Below the pieces are notes generated by a model. It did not search any database, was not told where the DNA came from, and was given only the letters and a program-made list of their open reading frames with translations. A stretch of DNA of 63,948 nucleotides, the filler included, from Kipferlia bialata (Eukaryota): the NCBI GenBank assembly GCA_003568945.1. It is 5 parts of 5 records of this genome, joined end to end, with 100 filler letters (N's around TTAATTAATTAA, not from the genome) between each part and the next. Parts side by side here need not be neighbours in the genome. Positions count along the whole stretch, not along the records: positions 1 to 25,578 come from BDIP01000210.1; positions 25,679 to 40,507 come from BDIP01000211.1; 3 more parts are not named here. The stretch is one strand, 5' to 3'. This document shows positions 13,701-25,844 of this stretch, in pieces. A program made the position numbers and the translations under genes. Each line of letters opens with the position of its first letter. The first letter of the stretch is position 1.

Positions 13701-16274
13701 GAAGGCACGCCTCGCAGGTACAGAGTATAATTAGACACCTGCTACTTGTAAATTGGTACATGATTACATGACCTCTACCATGGCCTCCTCTCTCTGACCC
13801 CCTCTGACCCCCTCTGACCCCCTCTGACCCCCTCTGACCCCCTCTGACCCCAGGCCAGGTGTCGTCTGACGAGCTGAGTGCCTCCACCCAGCAGGTCGAC
13901 ATGCTCCGCCAGCAGCTGGGCAGGATGAGTGCGGCCCTGGCCCTCGAGAAGAAGGTAGGGGTGGATGGTATAGGGGGAGGCATGTATATGTGGGTAGTAG
14001 TATGCATAGGAGTTCTGGAGTACCTGTAGTGTAGTATATGTATTTGTATGCATACCTGCCCAAGGAACGAGTAACATTTCATGTTTCGGTAAGCATTTAC
14101 TCCCTGAGTATAAAGGAGAAGTATGTATATATGTATGAAGAGAGACAGAGACTGGCACAGTAGGATATCCCGCCCTCTGACTGTGAAGGAGACATGTCAC
14201 TGTGTATCCTCTCTATATGTCCCTACTTTGTGTATGTGCATGTGCGTGTGTGTATGTGTCTCCCTCCCTCTGACTGTGCAGGAGGTTGACAGGCTGAGGC
14301 AGGAGACCGTGTCCCTAGTCGATCAGGTCCAGGCAGCAGACAAGATGCGCATGGTGATACAGGTACGCATCGGTTGGTTGGATAGACAGACATAGGGATA
14401 GGGATAGATGGACATAGGTATATGGATAGATGGATGCGCATAGTGACATAGATACAGGATCATATTTGTACATGAACATATTTGTGTTTTCTAATGAGGC
14501 ACTATACTATGTTATACACTGATACTATGATATTGTACTTTCTTCTAGGTATATACTTATATATATATATGTATATCCTGATACCAGGATATGAAGCACC
14601 ACCTCCAGGCCTCGACCGAAGACCTCCAGGTACATCGTGGTTATGTGTGTGTTTGATGTTTGATTTCCTCGGATATTTGCAGTCAGATATGGGCATATGA
14701 CAACTATGTGTATATTCCACCCATGTCTGTCCCTCCTGACCCACAGACCTGTGAGCAGGCCCGGGCCCAGTGTCTGATAGAGTTGGAACAGGCCCGGGAG
14801 AGTGAGACCGAAGCCAGACGGACAGCCCAGGTACATGGTGCATAGTGGATAGTGCATGGGAGACATGAGTGGTACTGTCAGTGTCCATGGCGTAGTGTGT
14901 GCATACACGTATATGCCTGGTCTCTCCCCATCTGTCCCTGTCTATAGCTGTCTGACCCGGCAGGAGTGGGAGAGAAAGGCAGCCCAGGAGCAGGTCACGT
15001 CGTCCAACGCAGTACAAGTACTGCACAGGTGGGGTGGATATACTCAGTATCAGTATGGATATACTCAGTATATATACATTGTAGAGTCTACATATACGTA
15101 TGTGCATGTATACTGTATACCCCTTTAGTGCAGGTGCTGCACGGGTGGGGGGTGTATATACTCAGTACACGAATGGGTACTCTATATATACATATCTGTC
15201 TGTATGTACTACATTGTGAGTGAAGTGTGGAATCCACACTGTGGGTATTCCTTATCCCGCCTCCCATTGCATTGACTGGCCCTCTGACCCCTCTATATGA
15301 CACTGACCCCTCTGACCCCTAGGGCCCAGCAGCGCATGGAGCAGCTCAACACAGACGCAGACCTCAGGTAGGGGGAGGGGGTATATGGATAGGGTCTATG
15401 TGCATTGATACTTCTATATACCTATATGTCCATACCCATATGTACGTCTGCCCCTACCTGACCCCAGGGTGTCGATGGTGGAGAGGAAGTGCCAGGACAG
15501 GGTGTCAAAGGCAGAGCAGGAGACAAACAGACTCAGGTACATGGCACTGTACCAGATAGTAGTGTGATGTATATGTATATGTATGGGGTGTGCCACGGCC
15601 ACTGCTGTTCATGTACACATATGCATGTATATATGAGTATTCCTATATATATATATCAGCCATATATCGCACTACCTCCACTGACACCCCCTCAGGGTGG
15701 ACAGATACGAGGGACTGCCTTCCCATAGTCAAGTCACAGTTCCCCTCCTATGTACTATGTACTATGTGCTATGCCTATTCTCATTCCAGGATGGAGCTGC
15801 ACTCCTACCGATCCGCAGAGGCACGGGCCAAGGTGGGTGGGCTTGTGTATACAGGATATGTATACTATGAGTATTGTATTATGTACATACTATTGTGTAT
15901 ATATGTATGTATGTGTTGACCAACCGCAGGACTCCCAGCGCGTGGCCCTTGCTGTGCGGGTGGGTACGGCTGGGCTCAGAGGCAGGGAGGATCACAAGAG
16001 AGAGAGAGAGAGAGACGGCTATCATGCCCCCTCTCGCTCACTGTCTGTGTCGGCCGAGCCCTACAGAGGGAGGGAGAGAGAGAGAGAGATGGCAGCAGAG
16101 AGGCAGCCCAGCGACTTCGACCGGTTGACATCCAAGTGAGTGAGGGTATTGTATATACACTGTCAGTCCACTTCTCTCTGTTATATATCTACTCTCTGTT
16201 TACACACAATGACACTGACCCTGACCCCTAGGCTAAGAGAGGCAGGAGACGAGATCCGCCGCAATATGCGATAG
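10754..16274 (+). CDS. long coiled-coil protein, multi-exon, function unknown
   Basis: ATG 10754 (MSGYPPPHGGDYPAF) splices into VSQVMELTNQLQTRDDYLRQLQ. Many short E/Q/R/L-rich heptad exons follow. Ends EIRRNMR-TAG 16272-16274. Confidence 0.75.
13792..13853 (+). repeat. 6 x 10-bp tandem (CCTCTGACCC) repeat of the branch-point motif, ending in the 3' splice site
   Basis: Read directly. A 3 x 9-bp version lies at 13541-13571. Confidence 0.9.
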
Positions 16275-16845
16275 GATCCATGTGTGGCTGCTGCTCACAT
16301 ACAGTGCTTACTCCATCCTTACTGCACTATTGTGGTATATGGGTTAATGGCCTTTGTATCAGTATTTCTTTACTATTAGTTCCATTATTTCGGTTAATGT
16401 ACACTGATTTGATCTATACTTCTTTAGGCTACTGAGTATCTGTTTCATAGAGATAGAGATACGAGTGAATCTGAAAGTTCGTTAGACGTTGACTCAGATC
16501 GGAAGGCCCCCGTCGTGTAATACGTTGTAGTACTTGACCAAACCAATGCGTAGTACCTGCAAAAATCCTCATATATAATGGGAACACATTCAATGCCGGA
16601 GCAGGCGTAGGTCTACTACAGGGCCAGTCTGTGTCAGAACCCATGTCCGTATAGGTTATGAGTCCTCAGGCACTTCCACATATTCCACCTAGTGTCATTG
16701 CTGGTCCAAGACAGTGTGTGACAAGCTGGCAACTTGAAGCAGCCTTGACAGGCTTGACTCAAAAAAGCAGAAGGGTTTTGTCCCCAATCTATTTTGAAAT
16801 TTGGGTATCCCCGTAGATCTAGTGCTCTCCTCTCTCAGCCATGCC

Positions 16846-18263
16846 ATGACGGGCACCACACACGGCATGCAGTATGGACCCCCTGGGGGTACCCCTCCGT
16901 CCCCCCCTCTCACTGTGCAGGGTGCGGGGTCTGGGCCCTCCCCCCCTTTGGACACTGACCCATGGGCCGCGTGGGACGGGCTGCCTCTGCAGATACCTCC
17001 AGCACCCATCTATGACGACACCGGAATCGCCCCAGCCAGCTTCCAGTCCCTGGTCCCGCTCAGCGTCAAGGGGCCTCAGATGGCTGTGCAGCACTGGACA
17101 GCCCTCAACACCCCCCTCCTGAGACACGATGAGGGCCTGATGCTGGGGGACAGCGGGTTTGAGCCTGTGTCCCAGGTCATCCGGCAGCTGTCCCAGTACC
17201 CGCCTCCCCCCATATGCCCTGTGTCTCATACTGAGGCACAGCCCCAGGTGCCTGGGGTTGCCTCTCCCAGTGCTGGTGATACCCCCCCTCTGGAGTCTGT
17301 TGTCAATAGCCATGTGTCACACAGTGTGGGGCAGGACAGGGGGGACCAGGCTGGGTCACAGTGTCCGGACTACCCCAGCAGCAGAGGGGCCCCAGCCATC
17401 GGGTCTCTGCTGCGGGTGAGGCACTCAGCCGCCGTGCGCCGCACCCTGCCCCTGTCCTTCTCCCTCACACCCCCCGCGGACCAGCTCTGGCTGCCTCAGG
17501 TATATAGGGTGGATATATGTGTGTACGTGGTATATGTACTCATACGATACAGCCTCAGATATCTAGATGTTATATATAGTTATGTTCTTCCTGTGTTGTG
17601 TAAGGAATGGGGTCCCTTGTGAAAGGTGTGACTCCCGACCGCCAGCCTCTCTCTCTCTCTTCTTCCTTACCCTCCCCCCCCCCTTCCTCTCTCTCCCTAG
17701 GTGTCTGCCAAGCCACATGCCCACACTCTTGGTGTCTATTATTACTATTATATGCATAGTAGTATATAAGAGTGTTCATTCCAGGTGTCTGCCAAGCCCC
17801 ATGCCCTGACCCCCCTGTCCCCCTCCCTCCACATCAAGACTGTGTGTGAGGGTGCCCCCCCTGCATTGAGTGAGGGGCACCCCTACATCAAGACACCCCA
17901 CCTCTACGCAGCAGAGATCCAGGTGGGATCACTCGTAGTGCATTCCCCGCAGTATAGGCTGACAAATGTAGTAGTTTCTTCTTGAGCTACACATACTTTT
18001 ACATACCCCTCCCTTGTAACATGCATTACACTATGTGTCAGTGTGTGTGGCTGACCCCAGGCCCTGTCCAGCCAGGGCATTCCCGCCAATGTCACAGAGC
18101 CCCTGGGCCTCAGAAGGTCAGGGGTGTAGTGTGGTTGGCGCCCTGTTGGGGCATTTAGAAATATATATATATTCATTCGCCTAGTTGGGACAGTGTTCAC
18201 CAATCAATCAAGAATATCCCAGAAGGTGATTCTCTCCACCGATCTATAGATATACCTCCCCCC

Positions 18264-18298
<35 letters not shown>

Positions 18299-18892
18299 GC
18301 GGGGGGGGCCCCCCCCCCCCCCCGGTTTTCCCCCCCCCCCCCCCCCTTTCTCCTCCCTACCCCCAGGCTGACCCCCTCCAACAAGGCAGAGGCAGAGGGA
18401 GAGCCAGAGATGACATCAGCACATGTGTTCGACAAGGTGTGTACATCCAACCCTTGTATGCATTATATGTGTGAGTATGTGTGTTGATGCTGATACCCAG
18501 GTGCGCAATGTGGTTGAGAACCTAGCCCCTGCGACCCCCGCTGCCATGTCACCCGAGGGGAGGGATATGTTCAACACAAACACATACGCAGCCATGAGGT
18601 AGGGATAGTATATGTATATATATATATAGATGAGATATATGAGAGGGAGTGTTCGACCCCCCCCCCCACACACACACACTCTCTCTCTTTAACTCCCTTT
18701 GTTTCTAATCCTGTAACTCGGTAGTGCCCCTGTCTGAGACCAATACTTCTCTCTCCCACTATGTATATATGGAATCACTCACTCTCCAGACCTGGCCAGT
18801 ACACCAGTCTGAGGCGCAAGAACACCAGGGGGCCTAGGACACCAGGGTCCAACCCAATAGGAGCAGGGGGGAACACCCGCCAGGAGCTATAG
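16846..18892 (+). CDS. proline-rich hypothetical protein, multi-exon
   Basis: Large first exon from ATG 16846 to donor ~17500. Further exons (VSAKPHALTP..., ALSSQGIPA..., VRNVVENLA...) end GNTRQEL-TAG. Confidence 0.6.
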
Positions 18893-19304
18893 GCACTATA
18901 TACACTCTAAGGACTGTATATGACAGGAATTGTAATTGAATTCTATATTGTTTTGTGTGGCGACACATCCCTCGTGAGCATGGGATGTGGATTAGGGGGT
19001 ACATGTCGAGTAATAGATGTACACTGCGACTAGCACACCAGCATGGTCAGTGATGATATATCTATAACTACTGGGTATCTGTCGTCAGTCGATACATCGC
19101 AATCTGGTGTACCAGACAGGTAGTGAAGGGGAACAAAAACACAAAAGGGTGTGGAGACAGTTTGGTGCACGGCCACCGATATTCAAAGGCTGTGCCGTGC
19201 TACAGGCCAGGGACATCAGAGAGCCTTTGCAAGCCTTGTAACTGCTTCCTGGAGCCTGTTTTACCCTTCTTGGCGACCCCTAGATTGTGTATTAGCGGCT
19301 AGGG

Positions 19305-22300
19305 ATGCCGAATACCGGGTCTGACCTGCGTCTGACCTCTCAGTCACTGGGGCCCATCCTCAGGACAGGCAACCTGAGGGCCGTGGTGACTGCCCAGCCC
19401 CCTGTGACGCGGCTGTCTCTCTCCCACAATGAGATTGTGAGCATAGATGTACCACAGGTGAGAGTGCACCACAATGTGTATTACTATTGCTCCTTGTCAT
19501 TCCATCCCATTCTGATCCCTAGCGCTTCCCCCACCTGCGGAGCCTTGACCTGAGCTACAACAGACTTAGTGGGGTGTTCAGCCTCGGTCTGCCACTCTTT
19601 GTCAACCTGACAAGGTGGGTATGCATGTATAGTGTCTGAGTCGGTACCGGTACCACATTCATAGTAACACACCAAAGCTGTACCAATGTGTATCTATACA
19701 CATTGAATGACTTCAGCCTCCCTCTATCTGACTCTCTAGATTCTAGGTTTTCTCTCAGAGGGAATGCCATCAGACTACAATCTGTCTCTCTCTCTCTCTT
19801 ACTCTGACATCTAGGCTGTCTCTTCGTGGGAATGCCATCAGACGTCTGGTTGGCATTGAGAAGCTCATATACCTGGAGACACTGGTGCTGGACAACACTC
19901 AGATCAAGCACATCAGGTATAGAAGGATGTGTATTGTTGTATAGACTCACAGACACATGTTCATATAAATAGCCCCAGGGATGTCCTCCCCCAGAGGCCG
20001 TCTATATATTGTGGAGGGGGAGCCTATATTTTGTATGTATATACTAAGAGTATATGTGTAGTATGCACATCCAACCCCAGGGATGTCCTCCCCCAGAGGG
20101 GCAGGGGCCACCGTGCCCTTCGCTCTCTGTCCATGAGGGGGTGTCCACTGTCAACACCACACGATCTGGTTCTATTGAGAGGTATGTGTATAGTACATAG
20201 AGGGTGTATCAGTACATAGAGGGAGAGGGGGAGGGAAGGTATGTGTATGGTTATGTCTGTATGGTCGTCACTGGTATCCCACGTGTCCCCTAGTCTATAT
20301 TATACACCTTCTTGTTCTCTCTCTCTCCCCCCCTCCCCCCCCCCTCTCTCTTCTATCACGTATATCCTCACCCACCGGCTGCCAGTCCCTGAGTGGAATC
20401 TCTCTCTCTCTCTCTCTCCCCCCCCCACTCTCTCTATATATACCATAGGTGTATCTCTTACCCCAGGCTGTCCCTCCCTGCAGTCCCTGAGTGTCACTGT
20501 GCTGGTGGACAGAGAGTTGCCCCAGAGTAGAGTCAAGAGGTATCATTGCAGTGTATAGTAATTGGGTTATATACTATATATTATTTATTATACTGCACTG
20601 TGCTGGTGGACAGAGAGCTGCCCCAGAGTAGAGTGAAGAGGTACTATATTGCAATTGTATTGATTATAGTGTACTAATTGCATCCCTCACCTTAGGGAAG
20701 AGAAACTAGTGCGTTCCTTCTGCGCCGCCACCTTCAAGCTGCGTAAGCTGAGTGTGGAGGTGCTAGGGGGCGCTGAGATGGAGAGAGAGACGGAGAGAGA
20801 GAGACTGAGGGAGTCCCAGAGGGAGCAGGAGAGAGAGGAGAGGGAGAGAGAGAGGGAGGAGAGTGTGGAGCAGCCCCCCTCTCCTACTATTGTGTCATGC
20901 ATAGCCCATGGGGCAGAGAGGGAGGGGCAGAGGATAGGGGGGAGCTCCTTCTTTGCCCAGCAGACACCGATGTCCCATGTACAAAGGGTGCAGGAGAGTG
21001 AGAGGGAGAGAGAGGAGGCAGAGAGGGACATCCAGGTACGGTGGCATCATATATACACATATAGTATAGTAGTATATTGAAGAGTTAGTGAGTATAGAGT
21101 ATATTTATATATAGATGTATATGTATATATTATATATGTATATATAGTACATATATATACTAATATGTTTATACCCCTCGTCTAACATGCAGGTAGAGGA
21201 GGAGAGACCCGTGGAGTATGGCCTGACACCCTCAGTCCATGTACCAGTCCCACACCCCACACACACACACACCTTCATGGAGCCCCAGGGAGAGAGAGAG
21301 GGAGAGAGAGAGGGAGAGGAGGATGTCATTGAGGTCGAGGAGGAGGGGGAGGGAGAGAGAGACCACCTTGGGGCATCTGCCGGTATAGAGGAGGAGAGAG
21401 AGAGGATACGGGGAGAGGTGGACGGCAACCTGCAGAGCCAGATCCTGGACGCCTTCCTCGGGTCGGTTAGGTATGGGTATAAGTGCATATATATATATGG
21501 ATTTCTTTTGAATATATTATATTATATATAGGTGATTGATATGGGTATTGATGTATACATGACCCTTCTCATTCCAGGTACCAGGAGATTGAGCCTGAGC
21601 ACGCTGAGACCTCACCTGTGATAGAGACAGAGAGGGAGCCAGAGCGGCATGTAGACACTGACCTCTACGCCAGCCTGGAGAGAGAGAGACAGGTGGAGGC
21701 AGAGGCAGAGAGGGCTATTGAGAGAGAGAGAGAGCTATCGATGCAGAGGGAGAGGGAGAGAGAGGAGGCCCGGCAGAGAGAGCTGGAGGCAGAGGCAGAG
21801 AGGGAGAGAGAGGCCTACGAGAGAGAGGTGCAGATGCGACTCGACCGGGAGAGGGAGATGGAGAGAGAGAGAGAGAGAGAGCATAGGGAGGCCAGTCTGG
21901 AGTATGGGGCACCCCAGCCCCAGCACGAGGAGGAGATCAGCGAGGAGGTATGGTTGTACACTCATATATATGTATATATATATGTGTGTGTGTGTGTATG
22001 TGTGTGTGTCTTTGCTGTGATTACCCCCAGGTGTCCATTGACATTGAGGTTGAGATGTATATGTATGTGTGTGTGTGTGTCTATATGTGCTTACATCTAT
22101 TATATTCATGTGTCTATATGTGTCTTACTCCAGGTGTCCATTGACATTGAGGTTGAGATGTCCAGTGAGGAGGAGAGAGAGCTCGAGAGGCAGTCCATGC
22201 TGGAGATACAGGTACACAAACAGTAATATAGTTTATAATGAAGACGAAGAGTAATATATATATATATTCCATGTTGTACTATCTGTATGCTATTTTTGAC

Positions 22301-24436
22301 TATCTAGGCCTCCTCCAATGTGACCCTGAGTGCCCTGTCCCTGGAGGCAGACCCACACACAAGGTATATAACAGTATATATACACACCGCATATATAGGT
22401 ATATAATGGGGAAGAGAGAGAGAGGAATACTGAGTGCCCTGGAGGCAGACCCACACACAAGGTATGTACACATCGGTATTACTATATATTTTTCACGGTA
22501 TATATGATACATGTTCTGATACTGATACCCCAGGACGAGTGGCCTTGCCTACTCCCCCTACCACGGTGCCAGGGCATTAATGCCAGAGCAGACATGGGAC
22601 AGGGAGAGGGAGATGGAGAGAGAGAGAGAGAGCAGTGAGAGGCTGGTGGATGCCATGCTGGAGAGAGGGAGAGACAGGGAGAGAGAGAGGGAACGCAGCG
22701 CCTCCCGTGCTAGGGCACCCCTAGTGCTACCCGATGTACACTCCACTCTAGCCATGCACTCACCCCCTATTAACACCATGAGAAGGAGTGTGTCGGGGGC
22801 ATCCATAGACGAGGGAGAGAGGGAGAGGGAGAGGGAACAGCAGACTCAAGAGTTCCTCCCCCACTCCCCCCCTCTCCCCCCTCCCCTTGCCCTCCCCCCC
22901 TCCATGACCTCTGGTGCAGTGCCCCCCAAGACACCGGTGCCTACTATGCCACAGCCAGCACTCTCACTGGGTACGGTGTGTATATAGTATGTATATATAC
23001 GTGTGTGTGTGTTATATTACTATGTAGTGCCATACTCACCCACCCCAGGCATGTCCCCCGGTGAGTATGGCCTGTACCCCAAGGCACTGCTGAGGAGGGT
23101 GGCTGTGTCAGTGGACGCCATACTCACAGGGCAGGAGGGGGAGGAGAGAGAGAGAGAGGTGGAGAGGGTGGCTGAGGGAGAGAGAGAGCCCATGGCGGTC
23201 AGGGAGAGACACCAGGGCGTGGGCTCCCTAGAGCTAGACCTGATATCCCCTGTAGTTGCCATACCTGCCCAGAAGAGCAGGGAGAGAGAGAGAGAGGCCC
23301 CCCGAGAGGGTGTGTCTTCCTCCCTGTACCATGTAGACATGATGGCGTCGGATGAGGTCATATTGGGTGGAGAGAGAGAGATTGAGAGAGAGGTGACACT
23401 GGCATCAACGGCAGGGGTCACGGCCAGACAGGATGAGGGAGACAGAGAGAGTATCTACAGTGCAGTGGGTGCCCCTGTGCCCCTCTCTGACGTTGTTGTA
23501 CCCCCCATGCCTGACATGTCACCAGCTGGGGTCTCTACCAACATTGGCCTACCCCCTACCTCCAGTGCCAGTGCTAGTGCAGCAGAGACTAGTGTACCTA
23601 CTGCACCCGAGGGTGACACTACCACATCTACCGCCACTACATCTACTTCTCTAGGTGTGGGTGTACCCCCTGGGAGACTAGGGAGGGAGATGTCTGTGGA
23701 GAGTGTGCGTCGTGCCTCCAGACTGTCTCAGATGACCACAGTCATACCCCTTGCATCAGACAACGATGCATACCTAGGGGTGTCAGACAGTGAGAGCAGT
23801 GAGAGCAGTGAGAAGGAGGAGGAGGAGGAGGAGGAGAGAGACACCACCCCCGAGGCCGTTGTAGAGAGTGAGGGGGAGAGAGAGGACTCTGAGGTCTCCC
23901 TCAATGACTCCCTGGTCATACCCCCCATGCCTGAGGATGACCTGGACACCCCTATCACACTCAAGGCAGGGGGGGGCAAGAGAGAGAGAGAGAGGAGGGA
24001 GAGGAGGCCTCTGCTGGCTGATGACATCCCCCCCATGCCTGGGTCAAGGTCACCCTCGCCCTCACCCTCGCCCTCCCCCACCCCTACTCCCAAGGCTCTC
24101 ACCTCTGTGGACCTTGAGGACCAGGACGAGATCACTCCCATCCCAGACCGCTTCACACCCGTACCCGCCTCCCTGTCTCTACAGCCCATGACCCCATTCA
24201 CAGGGGCAGTGGGAGAGGGAGAGGGAGAGGGGGAGAGAGACATGGAGAGGGTGCGCCCCCACCCCATTGTGCTCCCTGTCTCAGATACTGAGGGGTCTGT
24301 GCCACCGGGTATGCCGTCCATATACCCTGCCACATCCAGTGTGCCAGCGCTGGTGCCCGCTATGGTCCCTGCCATGGTCCCTGCTGCCTCACCCGCTGGC
24401 AGTGGCAAGCCCCATCCTCTGCCTCCCATGCCTGTG

Positions 24437-24470
<34 letters not shown>

Positions 24471-25092
24471 GAGAGAGAGACTCTGCCCCCGCCCAGCCCA
24501 GGAAGGTCATGGCCCCACCCCCCAAGCCGAGTGACAAGTTCAGTGCGCTGCTGTCCTCCATACAGGTGATGACATCTCATATAGATATATCTAGAGTGTT
24601 GGTATATATTGTATTCGTATCCAGACTGACCCCAGGCCCTCTCCAGCCAGGCACACTCCACTCCTCCCTCTAGTGTTCCTGCACCTGCTGCCTCTGTCCA
24701 TGCCCCTGTCGCTACTGCTGCACCTGCTCAGACAGAGACAGCCCAGGAGAGAGTCGCTAGGTGGGTCTATTAGTGTCCGGATCTATGTTCATATCTCTCT
24801 CTGTATATATATGTATTTTTGGTATGTGGACCGTGTGCTTACCTGCAGGTTCCAGTCGATGCTGAGAGGTGTCTCCACCGTGGGTGGGGGAAGGGAGAAG
24901 GAGAGAGAGAGAGAGAGAGCTCGGGCGGCAGCTGCTTCCGAACGCCAGTCCCACTCTTATGCTGCTCAGCCGTCTCCTGCGGCACTTCCCGCCCCATCTA
25001 CCTCTACCGCTGTATCTAGCAGTGCCGCCCCTCTGGGCAGGGCGCAGAAAATGGCGGAGATGATGGCGATTCTCAGCAGGAACAAGAGGTAG
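19305..25092 (+). CDS. leucine-rich repeat protein with very long Glu/Arg- and Pro-rich disordered C-terminus
   Basis: N-terminal exons give LxxLxLxxNxI repeats: VTRLSLSHNEI, LRSLDLSYNRL, LTRLSLRGNAI, LETLVLDNTQI, LRSLSMRGCPL. ERERE-rich exons follow, ending MMAILSRNKR-TAG. Confidence 0.8.
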
Positions 25093-25578
25093 AGGGGGAG
25101 AGCATATTTGTAGTGTTGTGGATGTGAGTCTAGTTCGGGTATGTGTCTTTAGTGTTGTTGTGTCTCAGCGGGTTAAAAGTGGCGGATTATGTCTGCCTAT
25201 AATGTCCTCTTTGCGTGTTTGCCGGTAGTTATATGTATCATATGGTGTTGAATAGAGTGAAATGAGAGAGAGGACACTTGAAGTTCAAGTTGAACGAGTC
25301 ACCTGATGCCAATGTGCAATATGGTAAATCACGATAACAGTGTATGAGTGCCTCTACACTCCTTGTGTTTCATTTACTACAAAGACACATGGATGTGCTC
25401 CTAGGCCTACTCTCACACTTCAATTCCTATTTCTGAAGTCAATTTCCTCCAGTATCCCAATAATAGTACTTAGAGCTAAGTTAGACCTCTCTGTAACAGT
25501 CTGCGTCCAGTACCCCTGGTAACACATCCACCAGAAGTGCCTTTCTATCACCAACAACCAGAGCTGTGGTGGGGTTGA

Positions 25579-25678
25579 NNNNNNNNNNNNNNNNNNNNNN
25601 NNNNNNNNNNNNNNNNNNNNNNTTAATTAATTAANNNNNNNNNNNNNNNNNNNNNNNNNNNNNNNNNNNNNNNNNNNN
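25579..25678. other. artificial contig linker (N-run/TTAATTAATTAA/N-run)
   Basis: 100-nt spacer with stop codons in all six frames. Confidence 0.99.
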
Positions 25679-25813
25679 CGGCCCCTGTCCCCTCTGTGGC
25701 CCCCCCCCCCCCCTCCTCGTCACTCCCAGTTCTCTCTCCTCGAGGCAGAGCTCTATATCTCTCTCTCTTCCCTAACTCCAAGTCCTCTCTCCTCGAGGCC
25801 CTGTTTTCGGTAG

Positions 25814-25844
<31 letters not shown>

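Noticed and set aside
23728..24561. Long antisense ORFs (e.g. 23728-24561, 2246-2728, 33921-34454, 53287-53766)
   Set aside because: They are shadows of GC-rich coding exons on the opposite strand, and their LSLSLS runs are just (CT)n.
24521..24565. WH2-like actin-binding motif (PPPKPSDKFSALLSSIQ) in the LRR protein
   Set aside because: The helix resembles WH2, but the spliced continuation (ALSSQ) lacks the LKKV-type motif.
25579..25678. Palindromic TTAATTAATTAA within N-runs (also 40508, 55635, 61458)
   Set aside because: Identical 100-nt artificial spacer. Neighbourhoods across it are meaningless, and ORFs ending XXXLIN are artefacts.
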